A stretch of 64,000 nt of DNA from contig OX638340.1 in the NCBI GenBank assembly GCA_951812955.1, positions 3,232,001 through 3,296,000 of the forward strand, given 5' to 3'. Numbering within the stretch: position 1 is the first letter of the stretch; every line of letters starts with the position of its first letter. This stretch comes from an uncultured Gemmatimonadota bacterium (GTDB lineage: Bacteria > JAAXHH01). The notes under the pieces were generated by a model that saw only the letters and a list, made by a program, of their open reading frames with translations, made no database searches and was not told the DNA's origin. The position numbers were made by a program, and so were the translations under genes. Below, in pieces: positions 8,060 to 17,903 of the stretch.

Positions 8060-10834
8060 ATGCGACTGGCAGGCATTTTGCTCGCCTTGATCATGACGGC
8101 GATCCCGGCGGCGGCACAGGAGACGGGCAGTCTGGGCGGCAGGATCGTATCGGACAGCGGAGAGTTTCTCTTCGGAGCCACCGTCGTGGTCAAAAGTCCC
8201 GCGATCGATGGGTTGCGGGGCTCGACGAGCGATGACAGGGGAATGTACCGCGTAGACGGACTTCCCGCCGGGGTGTACGAGGTCTCCGTTACTTTCCTGG
8301 GTTACGAGTCGTTTACCACGACCGGGGTCATGGTTCGCGGCGGTGCGCGCACGGCAAGGGATTTCGTGCTGGCCGCTTCGGTGCTCGTGGGCCAGGAGGT
8401 CGTGGTCTCGGCCTCCCGGAAGCGTGAAAAGGCCCTGGACGCTCCGGCGTCCGTCGAAGTGATCGAAATGCGGGACATCAAGGATTCCCAGGCGCTGGCC
8501 GTCAATGAACACATCAAGGACCTCAGCGGCGTCGATTACGCGAAGACGGGCGTCGTACAGGCCAGCACCGTGATCCGGGGATTCAACAAGGCGATATCGG
8601 GTCTCCTGCTTACCATGGTGGACAACCGGATCGCGCGGATCCCGTCGTTGCGTATCAACTCCTTTCAGGTCATTCCCATCACCAGCGAGGACATCGAACG
8701 CATCGAGATCGTCCGGGGCCCGGGTTCGGCGCTTTACGGTCCCAACAGCTCAAACGGCGTGATGCACATCATTTCGCGCTCCCCATTCGGGTCGGAGGGT
8801 AACTTCGTATCCCTTTCCGGGGGAGAACGCAGCCTGCGCAAGGCCTCCTTCCGCCATGCCAGCAGCGTCAATGACAAGATCGGACTCAAGATCTCCGGCA
8901 AGTACCTGAAGGCCCGGGACTGGGAATTCCACGATCCGGAGGAAATCGTGCCGCGGGATTTCGGTATCCAAGGCCAGTACGGAGAGATCAGGCTCGACTT
9001 GCGGCCTACGGAAGAACTGACGTTCATCACATCGGCCGGGTACTCCAAAAGCAGCAGCATCCAGATGACGGGACAGGGTTCGGCACAGGGCAAAGACTGG
9101 CTGTATACACATCTCCAGGGCCGCATGCAGTACAAGGGCTGGTTCGGCCAGTTCTTCTACAACAAGAGCGATGCGGGAGAAACCAGGCTGCTTCGCACCG
9201 ATGAAAGCATCGTGGACAAGTCGTCGCTGACGGTCATGCAGTTGCAGCACACCAGGGACATCGGCCAGCGCCAGCAGTTCGTCTACGGGGTGGACCTGCT
9301 GCTCACCCGTCCCCGGACCGAGGGGACCATTCACGGCGACAACGAGGACGATGACGAGACCAATGAATTCGGGGTTTACCTGCAGAGCGAGACCAGGTTT
9401 ACCGACCAGGTGAGCCTGATGCTGGCCGGCCGCCTGGACGAGCACAACAGGCTCGATAACGTTGTATTCTCGCCCAGGGCGGCGCTGGTACTCAAGCCCA
9501 ATCCGGAAAGCACCTTCAGATTCACCTATAACCGGGCGTTCAACACGCCGACGGTGACGTCGTTCTCGCTGGACTTGAAGGCGGTCAACGATGCCTTTGG
9601 TTTCGGCGCGCTTTTCGGCGACCAGGGCCTGGGTCCCGACAACACCATCGACATCCGGTCCTACGGCGCGGCCAACGCCTTCACATTCCGCCGGGACGAA
9701 GCCGGCCTCCCCATGTACCGGTCTCCTTTCGCCACGGTTTCCGGGCTATCGAGGGATACCTTCCTGCGTCTCGATGATCCGGTCGCGACCAACATGCTGT
9801 GGGGTGCGGCAAGGGAACTGTTCGTCACTGAGATGGTCAAGCAACTGGGTGAGGACAGCGGGGGCATCGTAACGCCGGAACTGGCCGCGGAGTTCACCAA
9901 CGTGATCCCTGTGCAGCTCTCGGGACTGAGGAACAGCCTTGGGCTGCTCAGTCCTGAAACGGAAGCCTTTATTCCTCTGGACGCATCATCCGTCCAGGAC
10001 TTAGACAAGATACGCCCGACCATCACGCAGACCTTTGAGGTCGGATACAAGGGCGTGATCAAGAACAAACTGGTTCTGGCAGCCGATTTCTACCGCACGC
10101 AGATGACCGACTATACCCTGCCTCTATGGATTTTCACGCCTTCCGTGTTTCTCGACGCCGAGTCTGTCCGAACCGCACTGAGACAGGGTATCGACGACTA
10201 TCTGGCCGCCCCCGAGAACGCGCTGCTTGCCAGTCTGATCGTTCTGCTCGACCAACCGGGTCTCGGCGGCAACGGGAACGGCGACCACGGGGATGAAATC
10301 AACGGATACATCGATCAGATCGCGGACGGCGCCGCGATGATCCCCTTCGGAACCATCACGCCGGAGCAGGTCTCCGATCCCACGGCGGTGGCGTTGACTT
10401 ACCGGAATTTCGGCGACGTCACGGTCTACGGCGCCGACATGGGGTTTTCCTATTTCCCCAACAGGTCCTGGAACATCACGGGCAGCTACTCCTTCATCAA
10501 CCAGAACCTGTTCGAGAACGTGGAAAGCCTCGGCGACGTTCCCCTCAACGCGCCGAAGCACAAGTTCAGCGGAGGCGTTACGTTCCGGCCGGCCAAATGG
10601 CCCCTGACTCTGGGTGGCAAGCTCAGTTACCGGGGCCCCTTCCCCATGCTGGACGGCGTGTACGGAGGGCCGATCGACTCCTATACGCTATTCGATGTAA
10701 ACGCCGCGTACGAGTTCGCGCCCCTTACCATCAGCGTGGAAGCCAGCAACCTTTTAAACAACCAATACCGTTCCTTCATCGGCGCGCCTGAAATCGGCCG
10801 GTTGCTTTCCGCCGGCGTGGCCGTACGTTTCTGA
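8060..10834 (+). CDS. TonB-dependent outer-membrane receptor, tandem paralog of 5056..7890
   Basis: 924 aa with the same domain order and many identical blocks (e.g. VVVSASRK.EK.LDAPASV, IRGFN, GPGSALYGPNS), ending ...AVRF. Confidence 0.85.
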   Translation: MRLAGILLALIMTAIPAAAQETGSLGGRIVSDSGEFLFGATVVVKSPAIDGLRGSTSDDRGMYRVDGLPAGVYEVSVTFLGYESFTTTGVMVRGGARTARDFVLAASVLVGQEVVVSASRKREKALDAPASVEVIEMRDIKDSQALAVNEHIKDLSGVDYAKTGVVQASTVIRGFNKAISGLLLTMVDNRIARIPSLRINSFQVIPITSEDIERIEIVRGPGSALYGPNSSNGVMHIISRSPFGSEGNFVSLSGGERSLRKASFRHASSVNDKIGLKISGKYLKARDWEFHDPEEIVPRDFGIQGQYGEIRLDLRPTEELTFITSAGYSKSSSIQMTGQGSAQGKDWLYTHLQGRMQYKGWFGQFFYNKSDAGETRLLRTDESIVDKSSLTVMQLQHTRDIGQRQQFVYGVDLLLTRPRTEGTIHGDNEDDDETNEFGVYLQSETRFTDQVSLMLAGRLDEHNRLDNVVFSPRAALVLKPNPESTFRFTYNRAFNTPTVTSFSLDLKAVNDAFGFGALFGDQGLGPDNTIDIRSYGAANAFTFRRDEAGLPMYRSPFATVSGLSRDTFLRLDDPVATNMLWGAARELFVTEMVKQLGEDSGGIVTPELAAEFTNVIPVQLSGLRNSLGLLSPETEAFIPLDASSVQDLDKIRPTITQTFEVGYKGVIKNKLVLAADFYRTQMTDYTLPLWIFTPSVFLDAESVRTALRQGIDDYLAAPENALLASLIVLLDQPGLGGNGNGDHGDEINGYIDQIADGAAMIPFGTITPEQVSDPTAVALTYRNFGDVTVYGADMGFSYFPNRSWNITGSYSFINQNLFENVESLGDVPLNAPKHKFSGGVTFRPAKWPLTLGGKLSYRGPFPMLDGVYGGPIDSYTLFDVNAAYEFAPLTISVEASNLLNNQYRSFIGAPEIGRLLSAGVAVRF

Positions 10835-10977
10835 AAGATCCCCACCGAGCGGGTTGTTAACCTTTTGAACACGGACAGCCGTTTATGACGGCGGACGCTT
10901 CCGGCGCCCGCTCTTTGCCTTTCCGCGCGGCGCGGGTACCTGCCTCGTCCATAAAATCGAAACTTTGTCCGGGGGTT

Positions 10978-11021
10978 TTTCGTGCAATCGAGTATGGACT
11001 TTCGTGCAATCGAGTATGGGC
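10978..11021. repeat. 22-bp direct repeat x2 (tttcgtgcaatcgagtatgg[ag]c) upstream of promoter
   Basis: Two perfect-adjacent copies read directly, 60 bp upstream of the -35 box; a candidate regulator binding site. Confidence 0.5.
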
Positions 11022-11080
11022 TTGTTCCGGGCGGGCATGTTCCGGTGCGCCGAACGGTTCCCTGAAGGTCCAATATTGGC

Positions 11081-11109
11081 TTGACACCAAGTGCGGCTTC
11101 CCGTAAGAT
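11081..11109 (+). promoter_or_regulatory. sigma70-like promoter TTGACA-N17-TAAGAT
   Basis: Consensus -35 and a good -10 with 17-bp spacing, 25 bp upstream of the AAGGAG RBS and the ATG at 11135. Confidence 0.5.
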
Positions 11110-11134
11110 GTGTCCATCTTCAAGGAGACTGAAA

Positions 11135-14100
11135 ATGCCACATAGGTTGCGGTTTATTCTGGCGTTCCTGTGCCTGCTGGCCATGCCTGCGGCAGCGTTC
11201 GCCCAGGGGGATTACTTCGGGCGGAACAAGGTCCAATACCGCGACTTCAAGTGGGAAATCATCTCCACGCCCCACTTCGAAATCTACTTCTACCAGGGAG
11301 AGGAAGAGGCGGCCTACGATGCCGCCCGGATGGCGGAACGGTCCTATAACCGTCTGAGCCGCATACTGCAGCACAGGTTTAGCGACAAGATCCCAATCAT
11401 CCTGTACGCCTCCCATACCGATTTCCAGCAGACCAACGTCCTGCCGGGCTTCATCAGCGAGGGCACCGGCGGCGTGACGGAATTCAACAAGAACCGCATA
11501 CTGCTGCCCTTCACGGGATCGTACGCGGAACTGGAGCACGTACTCACCCACGAACTCGTTCACGCCTTCCAGGGTGACGCGATCTACGGCGCCGGTCCCG
11601 GCGTCTCCATCCTGAATCCCATGGCCTTCATCGCCCCGCTGTGGTTCATGGAGGGCATGGCGGAGTACCTGTCCCTTGGCCGAATCGACGCCTATACCCA
11701 CATGTGGCTGCGCGACGCGGCGCTGCAGGGATACCTCCCAGCGTCCATCCCCGCCATGGACTACAGTTTCGGCGTCTACCGGTTCGGCCAGGCGCTCTTC
11801 GCCTACATCGGCGAACGGTACGGAGATCGCAAGATCGGCGAGATTCTCCGCAAGACCGGCCGCCTGCGAAACGTGAACGAAGCCTTCCGTTCGTCCATCG
11901 GTAAGGATATCGAGAAGCTTTCCGACGAATGGAACGAGCACGTGCGCCAGACCTACCTGCCACAGATCAAGGATTACGAAAAGCCGCAGGCCTTTGCCCG
12001 GCAACTGACCGACGTCAGGGAATCCCGGGCGGGTATACATCTCGCCCCGGCGATTTCGCCGCGTGGAGACAAGCTGGTTTTCATCTCAAATAAAAGCCTG
12101 TACAACGATATCTACCTGGCCTCCGCCATCAACGGCGAGGTGATCTCCAAGCTGGTCGAGGGCGAACGCTCGGCCGATTTCGAGTCCCTCCGGTTTTTCT
12201 CCACGTCCATTTCCTGGTCGCCCGATGAGCAGTACATCGCCTTTCCGGCCAAGGTGGGGGCGCGGGACGCCTTGTATGTCATGGACGTGAGGAAGAGGAA
12301 GGTCGTCCGGCGCATCAAGGTCGATCTCGACGGCGCCACGTCGCCGAGTTGGTCGCCCGACGGCAGCCAGCTGGTCTTCGTCGGCCTGCAGGGCGGACAG
12401 TCGGACCTGTACGTGATAGACGCCACGGGAGGGAACCTGCGCGCCCTGACCCAGGACCGGTACACCGATCGTGATCCCGTGTGGTCGCCCGACGGCAGCC
12501 AGATCGCTTTTTCCACGGACCGGGGCGACGTGACCAATTTCCGGACGCTCACTTTCGGTTATCAGCAATTGGCGGTATACGACCTGGCCACGGGGGAAGT
12601 CGATAAGATCCCCGACCAGATCGGAAAAAGCATCTCGCCTCAATGGTCCGCCGATGGCGAGAAGATCGCCTTCATATCGGACCGCACCGGTATTTCCAAT
12701 ATTTTTATTCGGGACATGAAATCAGGCGAGACCTACCAGATTACCAACATCCTCACCGGGGTGACCAACGTTACGGCCGCGGGTCCCGCCATAAGCTGGG
12801 CGCAGAAGGCTGACCGGCTGGTTTTTTCTTCCCTGTCCTGGGGCGGATTCGACCTGTTCTCCATCAGCGATCCGGTGTCGCTGATGAAAGAGCCCTACGA
12901 TCACGCAAAATCGGCGACGCCAGGCGCCTCTCCCGATGCAGCGCAACTGGCCCCTCCGCTCAGGACCGAACCTTCGGAAGAAACCGCCGACGGCGAGGAC
13001 GGCGATGGTACATCGCTGGACCCGGAAGTGGCAATCGACGGTATCGAGTCCGCGTCACCGGACTCAGACGCCGACTCCGACACGAGTCAGTCGATTTCAG
13101 CGCAGGACGACGAGAAGGTCACCGAGGAGAAGGTTACCGAGGAGAAGGATACCGAGGAGAAGGTCACCGAGGGGAAGGTTACCACGATCCAGACCGTACT
13201 TACGGAATCTCCCGATACGACGTCCACCACGAATGAAACCACACCGCGGGAGGAGCCGGAGGAGACAGGAAGTTCCGATCTTCTGCAGCAGCCGGAGTTT
13301 CCTTTCGGTCCCGTCACCAGAGGAATCGGGCCGGGTGGCGAATTGCCGGATACTACCGCATGGATCGACGGCACCTTCACGAAGAAGAAATACTCCCCCG
13401 ACTTCGGCCTCGACTATATCGGCGGGAATGCGGGTTACGCCACGAACGTCGGTCTGGTGGGAAGTTCCCTTCTTTCCTTCAGCGATATCCTGAATAACCA
13501 CAAGATTCTGGTGGGAGCCAACGTATTCGGTTCCCTGACGGACGCGAACCTGCTGCTTCAGTACACCAACCTGACTCGGCGCGTCAACTGGAGCGTGGCG
13601 GCTTTTCAGTACAGCTATGATCTGTTCTACAACTACCAGAGCCCCATCCTTACCCAGGTTACGACCCAGATCAATCGCGGCGTGCATCTCTTCGTAAGCC
13701 GGCCTTTCAGCAAGTTCAGCCGCTTGGAACTGGGTATTCAGGGGGTGCACAGGTCCCGTGAGCTGGTGGATGTGAGTTTCAATTACTTCGGCATCCGCCG
13801 GAACCGGCGCGGGAGCCTGGGCAGCGTGAATTTCGTGCAGCCCACCGCCGCCCTGGTCACCGATCACACGCTCTATGGCGTTACCGGACCGATCGCCGGC
13901 GCCCGGGGCCGCATCGAAATAACCCCGACTTTCGGCGAACTCCAGTACACGCGCGCCTTCATCGATTACCGAACGTACATCAACGTAATGCAGCGGTACG
14001 CCTTTGCCTTTCGCCTGTTCGGACTGGCCAGCGAGGGGCGCGACCAGGAACTCTTTCCCTTTGGCGGGCCCTATGATTTTCGTGGCGCCAACTACTGGTC

Positions 14101-14602
14101 CGTCTGGGGGAGCAAGGTCGCGATGGTCAACGCGGAGTTCCGTTTTCCTTTAGTCGATGTGCTGGCCATGGGGTGGCCGCTGCCGCTGGTCTTCCAACAG
14201 ATCCGGGGCTCGTTGTTCATCGACGCAGGCAGTGCTTGGGACCAGAACACAAGCGCCGTGCAGGCCAATCAGTATGCGGGCTATCCCAATGTGGGAGACT
14301 TCGTCGACGGGTCGCTGATGCGGGACAACGGGCTGGGGCCCGGCATGATGGAAGAACTGTCGGGCAGTCCGGTCGCCGTGGCCTACGGCATCGGTGCGCG
14401 GGCGCGTGTGGGTTTCCTGATACTGAAGTTTGATATAGCCCGTCAGTTCGACCTCGGTAAACGGCCCTCCTGGTACAACAACGAGAACCTTCCCACTGTG
14501 CCCAGGGGACTGGAGTCCGAGTTTCCAGGCACGCGTTCGTACCGTCTGAGGAATGCGCTGAACGATACCCAGTTCTTCTTCACGATCGGCGCCGATTTCT
14601 AG
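11135..14602 (+). CDS. multidomain outer-membrane protein: N-terminal HExxH metallopeptidase-like domain + TolB/PD40-like beta-propeller repeats + acidic repeat linker + C-terminal Omp85/surface-antigen-like beta-barrel
   Basis: Signal peptide MPHRLRFILAFLCLLAMPAAAFAQ. HELVHAFQ...MEGMAEY (HExxH+E). Repeated SPxxDGxxLxF propeller motifs (SPRGDKLVFIS, SWSPDGSQLVF, VWSPDGSQIAF, QWSADGEKIAF). EEKVTEEK repeats. The C-terminus ...FFFTIGADF is typical of outer-membrane barrels. The ORF-track start at 11081 is the TTG inside the -35 box and is rejected. Confidence 0.7.
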   Translation: MPHRLRFILAFLCLLAMPAAAFAQGDYFGRNKVQYRDFKWEIISTPHFEIYFYQGEEEAAYDAARMAERSYNRLSRILQHRFSDKIPIILYASHTDFQQTNVLPGFISEGTGGVTEFNKNRILLPFTGSYAELEHVLTHELVHAFQGDAIYGAGPGVSILNPMAFIAPLWFMEGMAEYLSLGRIDAYTHMWLRDAALQGYLPASIPAMDYSFGVYRFGQALFAYIGERYGDRKIGEILRKTGRLRNVNEAFRSSIGKDIEKLSDEWNEHVRQTYLPQIKDYEKPQAFARQLTDVRESRAGIHLAPAISPRGDKLVFISNKSLYNDIYLASAINGEVISKLVEGERSADFESLRFFSTSISWSPDEQYIAFPAKVGARDALYVMDVRKRKVVRRIKVDLDGATSPSWSPDGSQLVFVGLQGGQSDLYVIDATGGNLRALTQDRYTDRDPVWSPDGSQIAFSTDRGDVTNFRTLTFGYQQLAVYDLATGEVDKIPDQIGKSISPQWSADGEKIAFISDRTGISNIFIRDMKSGETYQITNILTGVTNVTAAGPAISWAQKADRLVFSSLSWGGFDLFSISDPVSLMKEPYDHAKSATPGASPDAAQLAPPLRTEPSEETADGEDGDGTSLDPEVAIDGIESASPDSDADSDTSQSISAQDDEKVTEEKVTEEKDTEEKVTEGKVTTIQTVLTESPDTTSTTNETTPREEPEETGSSDLLQQPEFPFGPVTRGIGPGGELPDTTAWIDGTFTKKKYSPDFGLDYIGGNAGYATNVGLVGSSLLSFSDILNNHKILVGANVFGSLTDANLLLQYTNLTRRVNWSVAAFQYSYDLFYNYQSPILTQVTTQINRGVHLFVSRPFSKFSRLELGIQGVHRSRELVDVSFNYFGIRRNRRGSLGSVNFVQPTAALVTDHTLYGVTGPIAGARGRIEITPTFGELQYTRAFIDYRTYINVMQRYAFAFRLFGLASEGRDQELFPFGGPYDFRGANYWSVWGSKVAMVNAEFRFPLVDVLAMGWPLPLVFQQIRGSLFIDAGSAWDQNTSAVQANQYAGYPNVGDFVDGSLMRDNGLGPGMMEELSGSPVAVAYGIGARARVGFLILKFDIARQFDLGKRPSWYNNENLPTVPRGLESEFPGTRSYRLRNALNDTQFFFTIGADF
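13112..13186 (+). repeat. 15-bp tandem repeat x5 (gagaaggtcaccgag) in-frame, encoding (EKVTE)n linker
   Basis: Read directly inside the 11135..14602 CDS. Confidence 0.7.
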
Positions 14603-14684
14603 GAAACTCCTCCAGCATCGGCCGCGGTCGGTCCATCCTTCGTTGAATCACCATTGCCCGAACGCGGAGATACGGCAGGTATAC

Positions 14685-15617
14685 ATGCATACGTCAGAAG
14701 AGATCAGAGCCTTAAGGGAGCAGCACTATAACGCCACACTTACCGAAATCCATGAACTGAATCCCGAACTCTGGATCATCCGGGTGAAACCGGACGAAGA
14801 TCTCCCGCCGTACCAACCCGGGCAGTACACCACCCTCGGTCTGGGTGACTGGGAACCCACCAACGATCCGGCCCATAACGAGGACGTAAACGAGAAACTC
14901 AAGAACAAACTCGTCCGCCGTGCCTACTCCATGTCCTTTCCCATGTATGAGGACGATCCCGGTCAATTGCTGGATCCGGCGGACATGGATTACTACGAGT
15001 TCTACATTACGCTCGTGGCCCGCGACGGCGAAGAAGGCCAGGATCCTTCTCTCACGCCCAGGCTGTGGATGCTGAAGGAGGGCGACCGGCTCTGGATGGG
15101 GCCGAAGGTGACCGGCCATTACACCCTGGAATACATAGCTCCGGACGACCAGGTCATTTTTGCGGCGACGGGCACCGGCGAGGCGCCCCACAACTGCATG
15201 ATCGCCGATCTGATGCGTAACGGCCACAAACCCGACATCATATCTTTGGTCTGCGTGCGATACGCCCGGGACCTGGGATACCAGGCCACCAACGAGCGGC
15301 TTGAGCGCCTGCATCCGAATTATTATTACATCACGCTCACTACCCGGGAAGCGCAGAACCTCAACCGCAAGGTGTATATACAAGACCTGGTAAGGACCGG
15401 GGAACTGGAGGAGCAGACCGGTATCGTCCTGGATCCGGAAAGGACCCACGTGTACATCTGTGGAAACCCGGACATGATCGGCGTGCCCAAATACACCAGG
15501 GAAGGCGACAAGTCCTATCCCTCGCCAACCGGCCTGGTCGAGCTGCTCGAATCGCGTGGATTCAAGGCGGATCATCGCAGGGACAAGGGCAACATACACT
15601 TCGAGGAATACTGGTAA
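14685..15617 (+). CDS. ferredoxin-NADP(+) reductase-type FAD/NAD(P)-binding oxidoreductase
   Basis: RAYS FAD-binding-type motif (LVRRAYSMSF) and a C-terminal NAD(P)-binding fold. ATG at 14685 is chosen because the ORF-track start at 14643 is a TTG. Confidence 0.6.
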   Translation: MHTSEEIRALREQHYNATLTEIHELNPELWIIRVKPDEDLPPYQPGQYTTLGLGDWEPTNDPAHNEDVNEKLKNKLVRRAYSMSFPMYEDDPGQLLDPADMDYYEFYITLVARDGEEGQDPSLTPRLWMLKEGDRLWMGPKVTGHYTLEYIAPDDQVIFAATGTGEAPHNCMIADLMRNGHKPDIISLVCVRYARDLGYQATNERLERLHPNYYYITLTTREAQNLNRKVYIQDLVRTGELEEQTGIVLDPERTHVYICGNPDMIGVPKYTREGDKSYPSPTGLVELLESRGFKADHRRDKGNIHFEEYW

Positions 15618-15652
15618 TCCATGGCCCGACCGGTCGGCGGAGGGATGCGCAG

Positions 15653-16684
15653 ATGACCCGCCTGCCGGTCCTGCCGATCGCTCCGTTCGCCCGAGCCGGT
15701 CCGCGCATTCCGTACAACGAAGAGGCCGCCATGCGGAAACAGACGCCGGACTCGGATGGAAGCCCCGGGGTATCCGGCAGCACCGTCCCTGCCTGCAACG
15801 ACCTGGAAGTGCTGGTGAAGGCACGGGCATGCGTTCTGCCGCACCGGGGTGCCGCCGGGATCAACATCGATCCGGCGCCGGATGCCAACGGCCGTCCCGC
15901 GACTTTCTGCAGGAGTTTTACGGGAATCATCGAGTCCTTCGGCGGGCGCGTGGAGTCGCTCAAGCAGGGCGACCGTGTCGTTGCCTGCCATACCGAAGGC
16001 GGCCTGTCGGAATACCATAGCGTACCCGCGTACCACATCGTAAAATTGCCGAACGGCATCAGTTTTGAAGAAGGCGCCATCTCTACCCTCATGCCGACGG
16101 TACTGAACGGCGTGGAACGCGCGCAGGTGAAAGGCAGATCGGTTTTCGTCAGCGGTGCGGGAACCACCGGGTTGCTGAGCACCCAGGTCGCGCGCCTATC
16201 GGGCGCCACGACCGTAATCGTGTCGGATCTGCACGCGACGCGCCTGCAGCGGGCGCGGAGTGCCGGGGCGGACACCGTGATCAATGCCTCGACGGAAGAT
16301 GTCCACCGGCGTGTCATGGAGAGGACCGGGGGCCAGGGCGTGGACGTATGCCTTGAATGCGCTGGCAACGAGGCTTCTTTCAGCCAGTGCGCGGCGATGC
16401 TGCGGCCGATCGGAAAACTCGTCGTCCTCAAAACCGTTACACACCCGATGTCCATCGATTTGGGGGATTGGTCGGAACGATCGCTCCAACTGATCATGGG
16501 CCGCGAGCAACCGCATGAAACGCCTTACCTGGTGGAGAAGGGATTGAGGCTGGCCGGCATCGAAGCCGTCAGGCTGCGTCCCCTTCTGACCCATGTGTTC
16601 CCCGTGCATCGCATTGCCGAAGCTGTCGAACTGATCGACGGCCATCCTAACCTGGCCGTTGAAGTCGCGCTGATATGGACGTAG
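15653..16684 (+). CDS. medium-chain dehydrogenase/reductase (alcohol/sorbitol dehydrogenase-like) oxidoreductase
   Basis: EVLVKARACVL...GDRVV GroES-like part and a GAGTTG Rossmann motif; canonical Zn ligands are partly substituted, so the substrate is unknown. Confidence 0.55.
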   Translation: MTRLPVLPIAPFARAGPRIPYNEEAAMRKQTPDSDGSPGVSGSTVPACNDLEVLVKARACVLPHRGAAGINIDPAPDANGRPATFCRSFTGIIESFGGRVESLKQGDRVVACHTEGGLSEYHSVPAYHIVKLPNGISFEEGAISTLMPTVLNGVERAQVKGRSVFVSGAGTTGLLSTQVARLSGATTVIVSDLHATRLQRARSAGADTVINASTEDVHRRVMERTGGQGVDVCLECAGNEASFSQCAAMLRPIGKLVVLKTVTHPMSIDLGDWSERSLQLIMGREQPHETPYLVEKGLRLAGIEAVRLRPLLTHVFPVHRIAEAVELIDGHPNLAVEVALIWT

Positions 16685-16795
16685 GGATCGGCCGGATACA
16701 GTGTCCTATAATGCTTGACACCCACGCCGGCGTGTTCATACTTTCAAGCCGCCGGGGAAGGGACACGAGTTCTTTCGAAAGGATATGAACGCGCT

Positions 16796-17494
16796 TTGTC
16801 ATCCGAAGTCAGTATCCTGAATCTGATTCTGGATTCGGGCACCGTCGCAAAGGTCGTCATTGTCGTCCTTCTGATCTTCTCCATCGTTTCATGGGCGATC
16901 ATGGCGGAGCGCTGGCGGTACTTTCGACGGGCCCAGGCGCAGTCTCGGCAGTTCCTCGCTTTCTTCAAGTCGCAGCGCAATTACAATCAGGTCTATACCG
17001 CCGCTTCAAAGTGGCCCTGCAGTCCCGCCGCCGTAGTGTTCCGGGCGGTGTACGAGAAGCATGCGTCGGCCTTTTCTCCCCAGGATGGAGAAGCTGACCG
17101 GTCCAGGGAGATCGACCAGGACCTGCTGGAATCCGTCTATCGCGACCTGCGTCTGGCCGCCCACCGGGAACTGGCCCGGTTCGAGAATAGACTGCCCGTA
17201 CTGGCCACTGCGGGAAGCGTGTGCCCGTTTCTCGGCCTGTTCGGAACGGTGTGGGGCGTCATGACCGCTTTTCTGGACATCAGTACCAAGGGCTCCACCA
17301 ACATCGTCGTCGTGGCGCCCGGTATCGCGGAGGCCTTGATCACGACGATCGCCGGCCTTGCCGTGGCCATTCCGGCCATGGTGGCGTACAACTACTTCGT
17401 GCAGCGATCGAGAGATCTGGGCCTGGAGCTAGAGGACCTGGCCACCGCGGTCTTGAACATCCTCCAGTTGCGGGGACGCCATGAACTCGTTTGA
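16796..17494 (+). CDS. tolQ: TolQ/ExbB-family proton-channel protein
   Basis: MotA/TolQ/ExbB core (ILNLILDSG, TM helices, ...VAPGIAEALITTIAGLAVAIPA). The start is uncertain: a TTG at 16796 with AAAGGA upstream is chosen, while the ORF-track TTG at 16715 lies in a promoter-like TATAATGCTTGACA string. Confidence 0.75.
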   Translation: MSSEVSILNLILDSGTVAKVVIVVLLIFSIVSWAIMAERWRYFRRAQAQSRQFLAFFKSQRNYNQVYTAASKWPCSPAAVVFRAVYEKHASAFSPQDGEADRSREIDQDLLESVYRDLRLAAHRELARFENRLPVLATAGSVCPFLGLFGTVWGVMTAFLDISTKGSTNIVVVAPGIAEALITTIAGLAVAIPAMVAYNYFVQRSRDLGLELEDLATAVLNILQLRGRHELV

Positions 17495-17903
17495 TTTCAA
17501 TAGCGCGGGTTCGCCCCGCGCCCTGTCTGAAATCAACGTGACGGCGCTGGTCGACGTGATGACCGTGCTACTGATCATCTTCATGATCACAACGCCGATG
17601 ATCCAGAGCGGCGTCCAGGTGGACCTGCCCAAGGCGACCGCGGCCGCGCCGGATCTGGCCGAAGGACTGGTTATCACGGTGACGAGCGAGGGTTCGCTGT
17701 ACCTGGAAGACCGGGAGCTTTCGATCAGTCAGTTCGACGGGGTGTTCCAGGCGATATTCGAGGAGCAGCAGGATAAACCGGTGTTTATCCGCGGAGACGA
17801 ACGGGTGCCCTACGGCACCGTTATTGCCGTGCTGGATAAACTCAAGGAGCACGGTGTCACCCAGATAGGACTGGCGACCAGTCTGAGACCGTCACGACAA
17901 TGA
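17481..17903 (+). CDS. tolR: TolR/ExbD biopolymer transport protein
   Basis: INVTALVDVMTVLLIIFMITTP motif; overlaps the tolQ end. Confidence 0.85.
   Translation: MNSFDFNSAGSPRALSEINVTALVDVMTVLLIIFMITTPMIQSGVQVDLPKATAAAPDLAEGLVITVTSEGSLYLEDRELSISQFDGVFQAIFEEQQDKPVFIRGDERVPYGTVIAVLDKLKEHGVTQIGLATSLRPSRQ

Noticed and set aside
11081-11134. ORF-track starts at 11081 and 16715 (and the 5' extensions 3381..3674 and 22683..22820).
   Set aside because: The 11081 and 16715 starts are TTG codons lying inside TTGACA promoter hexamers. The extensions overlap upstream genes, and better RBS-supported starts exist downstream.
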